Below, piece after piece: positions 60,945-64,000 of a stretch of DNA of 64,000 nucleotides. How positions within the stretch are numbered: position 1 is the stretch's first letter; every line of letters starts with the position of its first letter. The position numbers and the translations under genes were made by a program. The DNA is from Gemmatimonadota bacterium (lineage in GTDB: Bacteria; Gemmatimonadota; Gemmatimonadetes; Longimicrobiales; RSA9), in NCBI GenBank assembly GCA_040905425.1, contig JBBDRO010000106.1, positions 5,717-69,716 of the forward strand. The letters run 5' to 3'. A model generated the notes under the pieces. It ran no database searches, had not been told where the DNA came from, and was given only the letters and a program-made list of their open reading frames with translations.

Positions 60945-61610
60945 ATGTTATCCGCACAGCGCCGCTTCCTCCGTCCGCTCCTGGCCGTGGCCGTGCTGCT
61001 CGCGCTGCCGGCCTGTGACGCCAAGGACCCGCTCGAGGGGGTGGATCTCATCCTGGAGGTGGAAGACGCCCCGGTGGCCATCCAGGCCAGCATCCAGGTG
61101 GTGCCGAACCAGGTCACGTCGGTCAGCACGAACGTGGGCGCCCCGAGTGACGTCAAGTCCGTGCAGGACATCACCAGCATCGCGGTGGATCCCGCCGACT
61201 TTGGTTACACGTAGAGCGCCGGCCTGCGCGCGGCAAGCAGCGCGAGCGCTGCCGCGAGCGGCAACATCAACGTGGTCCTGCGCATCGGCAACGTGGGGCT
61301 GGCCGCGCTGCTCACGGTGCAGGACAACGTGGTGACGAACGTGGCGCCGCGGCAGCTGCTGGATCTGGACGCCGCCCGTTTCAACGCCTGGAAGCAGAGC
61401 GTCCTGGATGTCGTGGAGAGCATGCCCGCGGGTCAGCGGCCGGATTTCTCGGCCTTTGAGGACATGAGTCTCGAGGAGGTGAAGCAGGAGCTCCGCACCC
61501 TGCTGGGTTCGAGCTTCCAGTTGCACATCCACGTGCATACCAACAATCCGGAACTCACCGGCACGCTCACGGTGCAGGAATTCTCGCTGGGCGGGCGGTT
61601 CGTCTTCTAG
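60945..61610 (+). pseudogene. Lipoprotein gene interrupted by one in-frame TAG (61212-61214)
   Basis: LPAC lipobox; the same frame stays open with coding-like codons to TAG 61608-61610. Confidence 0.7.
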
Positions 61611-61633
61611 GCGGCGCCCGCCGGCCGGTCCCC

Positions 61634-61670
61634 CGAGGCCCTCCCCGTCCGGGAGGGCCTCGTTCGTTTC
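61634..61670 (+). terminator. Rho-independent terminator
   Basis: 12-bp stem cgaggccctccc/gggagggcctcg followed by ttcgtttc. Confidence 0.75.
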
Positions 61671-61808
61671 CTCCCCTCTGGCCGGCCGCGCGGTCATGAT
61701 CCATCCTTTGTAAGCGACGATGCCCGGCCGCCTCACCGGGCGCCGTACCCGCCGCGAACGCCGCACGCAGCGGCGGCCAGCCGCGCGGGACCGCCCGCGG
61801 CACCCGAC

Positions 61809-61835
61809 CAACCCTTCCCGGCTCCCTGGCCACTC
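61809..61835 (+). promoter_or_regulatory. Putative ECF-type autoregulatory promoter
   Basis: CAACCC-N16-CACTC just upstream of the sigma ATG, with no RBS. Confidence 0.35.
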
Positions 61836-61842
61836 AGGTGCA

Positions 61843-62394
61843 ATGACACGCCGCGCCGCCTCCGACCGCCGCCTGGCCGACGCCGTCCTCCAGCAGGGTG
61901 ACGAGCAGGCGTTCCGCGAGCTGTACCGGCGGCATACCCCACGCCTCCATGCGTTCACGCTGCGGCTGCTGGGCGGCGCCGAGGCGGACGCGGAGGACGT
62001 GGTGCAGGAGACGTGGCTGCGCGCCGCTGGGGCGCTCGCGGACTTCCGCTGGAGTTCCAAGCTGGAGACGTGGCTGACGGGGATTGCCCTCAACCTGTGC
62101 AGGGAGGTCTTCCGGCGCCGCAATCGGCGCCCGGAAACCGACTGGTGGGACGGGGCCGCGCCGGCACTTCCGGCGGCTCCGCACGAGGACCGCGTGGACC
62201 TGGAGCGCGCCATCGCGGCGCTCCCCGACGGCTACCGGAGCGTGCTCGTGCTGCACGACGTGGAGGGCTTCACCCACGAGCAGATCGGCGCACGGCTGGG
62301 CATCGCGCCCGGCACGTCCAAGAGCCAGCTCTTCCACGCCCGTCGGGCGGTGCGCACGGCGCTCGAGCCGGCGGTGATGGAGGGAACCGGATGA
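61843..62394 (+). CDS. ECF RNA polymerase sigma factor
   Basis: AFRELYRRH, DAEDVVQETW, TWLTGIALN, VEGFTHEQIG, GTSKSQLFHAR. Confidence 0.93.
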   Translation: MTRRAASDRRLADAVLQQGDEQAFRELYRRHTPRLHAFTLRLLGGAEADAEDVVQETWLRAAGALADFRWSSKLETWLTGIALNLCREVFRRRNRRPETDWWDGAAPALPAAPHEDRVDLERAIAALPDGYRSVLVLHDVEGFTHEQIGARLGIAPGTSKSQLFHARRAVRTALEPAVMEGTG

Positions 62395-62957
62395 CCCACA
62401 GTGGCCAGGATGGAGCCATGAGCAATGACGAGGTGGATTGGACGGCGGAGGAGCGGGCGGCGCTGGATGCACTGCCCCGGCAGACATCCCCGTCCGCGGC
62501 ACTGGAGGAGCGCACGGTGGGCGCGCTGCGCACCCTGGGGGTGCTCGGCGGCGTGCGGCGGCGTGCCCGGCCCGGCGGCGCCTGGTGGGTGGCCGCGGCG
62601 GCCGCGGCGGTGGCCGTCTTCCTGGGCGGCGTCCAGGTGGGCCAGCGCCAGGGGACCCGGCTGGCGGTGGAGACCATCACCGCGGTGCAGGGAGGAAACG
62701 CACGGGACGCCGCGGCGGACGTGCAACGCACGGCCGGCGCCTATCTGAGCGCCCTGGCCATCCTGGCGGAGCGCATGCCGGCCGCCGACTCCGCGGAGGT
62801 GGACCAGGCGCGCCAGGTGGTGCACGCGGCGCTCTCGGCCGCGGCGCGCGAGGCGCTCCGCGTGACGCCCGATGACGCCATGGCCGCGGCCATTCGGGCG
62901 GTCTCCGGGCGCCAGGAGCCCGTGCTGGGGATGCCCCGGCAGGTGCTCTGGTTCTGA
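62391..62957 (+). CDS. Single-TM putative anti-sigma factor
   Basis: ATGA overlap with the sigma gene; short cytoplasmic N-terminus, TM helix WWVAAAAAAVAVFLGG, helical C-terminus. Confidence 0.7.
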   Translation: MTHSGQDGAMSNDEVDWTAEERAALDALPRQTSPSAALEERTVGALRTLGVLGGVRRRARPGGAWWVAAAAAAVAVFLGGVQVGQRQGTRLAVETITAVQGGNARDAAADVQRTAGAYLSALAILAERMPAADSAEVDQARQVVHAALSAAAREALRVTPDDAMAAAIRAVSGRQEPVLGMPRQVLWF

Positions 62958-63014
62958 ATGACGGCCGCCGGTCGGTGGCCGCGCGCGATGCGTACGAGAA
63001 AGTGTGAGGCGGAT

Positions 63015-64000
63015 ATGAGAAACATGAGGCGATCGGGCCTGGTCATGGCGCTGGTGCTGGCGGCGCAGGGGCCGGCGGCGGCGCCGCTGGCGGCGCAGGG
63101 GGCGGCGCAGGGGGCGGCGGCATGCCAGCCTGGCGAGCGCTACGAGGTGGACTTCGGTATCCAGGGGCTCAGCGCGCGGCAGATGGAATTCTCCGTGCGC
63201 CAGGTGGATGGCGTGAGCGCCCGCTCCGTGAGCTTCGGCTCCGAGCCCACTGTCACCGCCGTGCGCGCGGACGGCCCCGCCGAGGGCCGGCTCCGGCCCG
63301 GTGACGTGATCGTGGCCATCGACGGGCGCCTCATCACCACGCGGGCGGCGGGGGAGCGGTGGAGCACGGTGGCCGCGGGCGAGCGGGTGGTGCTCACCGT
63401 GCGGCGGAGCGGCCGCGAGGAGGCCGTGCGCCTGACCACGGGCGAGCGTTGCGCCCGGCCGACCCCGGCGCCGCCGGCGCCCGCGGCCGGCAGTCCACCC
63501 GGGACGCCGCGCGCGGCGGCGCCCCCCGCCGTGGGCGCGGTGGCCGCGGGGCGCGGGGCCAGCGCTTCGCCCGGCGTCCGCTTCCGGCCCGGTGCGCCAT
63601 TAGCGCTCGCCGCGCCGCCCCCACCGCCCGCGCCCTCCGTGCTGCCGGACGGCTGGTTCGGCTTCGGGATCTCCTGCTCCGACTGTCAACTGTCGACGGG
63701 TCCAGGGGGGGAGGGCCCCGCCTTCCGCTTCAGCGTGCCGCCCGAGGTGCAGTCGGTGGAGCCGGGCACACCCGCCGCGGCCGCCGGCCTGCAGTCGGGG
63801 GACCTGCTGCTTGCCATCGACGGCGTGGCGCTCACCTCGGAGGCGGGCGGCCGCGCCTTCGCGCGGGTGGAGCCCGGGCAGAACGTACGCTTCCGCATCC
63901 GGCGCGACGCGCGGGCGCTGGACGTGACCATGCGGGCCGTCGCTCGAGAGGGGCGGGAGGCGCCCGCGGCGCAGGCGTTCAGCGTGGGTCGGGCAGCCAC
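63015..64000 (+). CDS. Exported tandem-PDZ protein (3' end outside the window; absent from the ORF track)
   Basis: Manual translation shows no stop: signal peptide, GPAEGRLRPGDVIVAIDG, Pro-rich linker, GWFGFGISCSDC...PAAAAGLQSGDLLLAIDG. Confidence 0.85.
   Translation, partial: MRNMRRSGLVMALVLAAQGPAAAPLAAQGAAQGAAACQPGERYEVDFGIQGLSARQMEFSVRQVDGVSARSVSFGSEPTVTAVRADGPAEGRLRPGDVIVAIDGRLITTRAAGERWSTVAAGERVVLTVRRSGREEAVRLTTGERCARPTPAPPAPAAGSPPGTPRAAAPPAVGAVAAGRGASASPGVRFRPGAPLALAAPPPPPAPSVLPDGWFGFGISCSDCQLSTGPGGEGPAFRFSVPPEVQSVEPGTPAAAAGLQSGDLLLAIDGVALTSEAGGRAFARVEPGQNVRFRIRRDARALDVTMRAVAREGREAPAAQAFSVGRAA

Noticed and set aside
61212..61214. Genome-wide TAG reassignment or pyrrolysine
   Set aside because: TAG terminates many conserved genes here at their expected ends (pepX, fda, thrC); no pyl genes in the window

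Overview
A GC-rich (roughly 70%) bacterial chromosome segment with about 55 densely packed genes. I recognised no rRNA, tRNA, CRISPR array or transposase. The gene repertoire suggests Gemmatimonadota (inference): eight paralogous exported 6-bladed beta-propeller proteins, a VPS10-like protein, many secreted peptidases and a BlaI/M56 pair. Housekeeping genes include fda, thrB, thrC, bcp, lspA and ispG. Most notable: (1) a BlaI operon encoding a BlaR1-like M56 protease fused to two isolated SusC-type TonB-receptor plug repeats and three beta-propellers, with a visible palindromic operator; (2) an hcrCAB-like molybdo-flavoenzyme with altered active-site motifs, AT-rich synonymous patches and a doubly coupled 57-codon ORF, plus a distant mocA/split-xdhC/amino-acid dehydrogenase operon; (3) two AT-rich spacers between convergent genes, 15 kb apart, sharing exact 11-mer and 9-mer motifs; (4) a lipoprotein gene interrupted by one in-frame TAG; (5) a duplicated TolC pair with no partner pump in the window; (6) an ECF sigma/anti-sigma/tandem-PDZ module. 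All calls come from reading motifs by eye; no database search was run.
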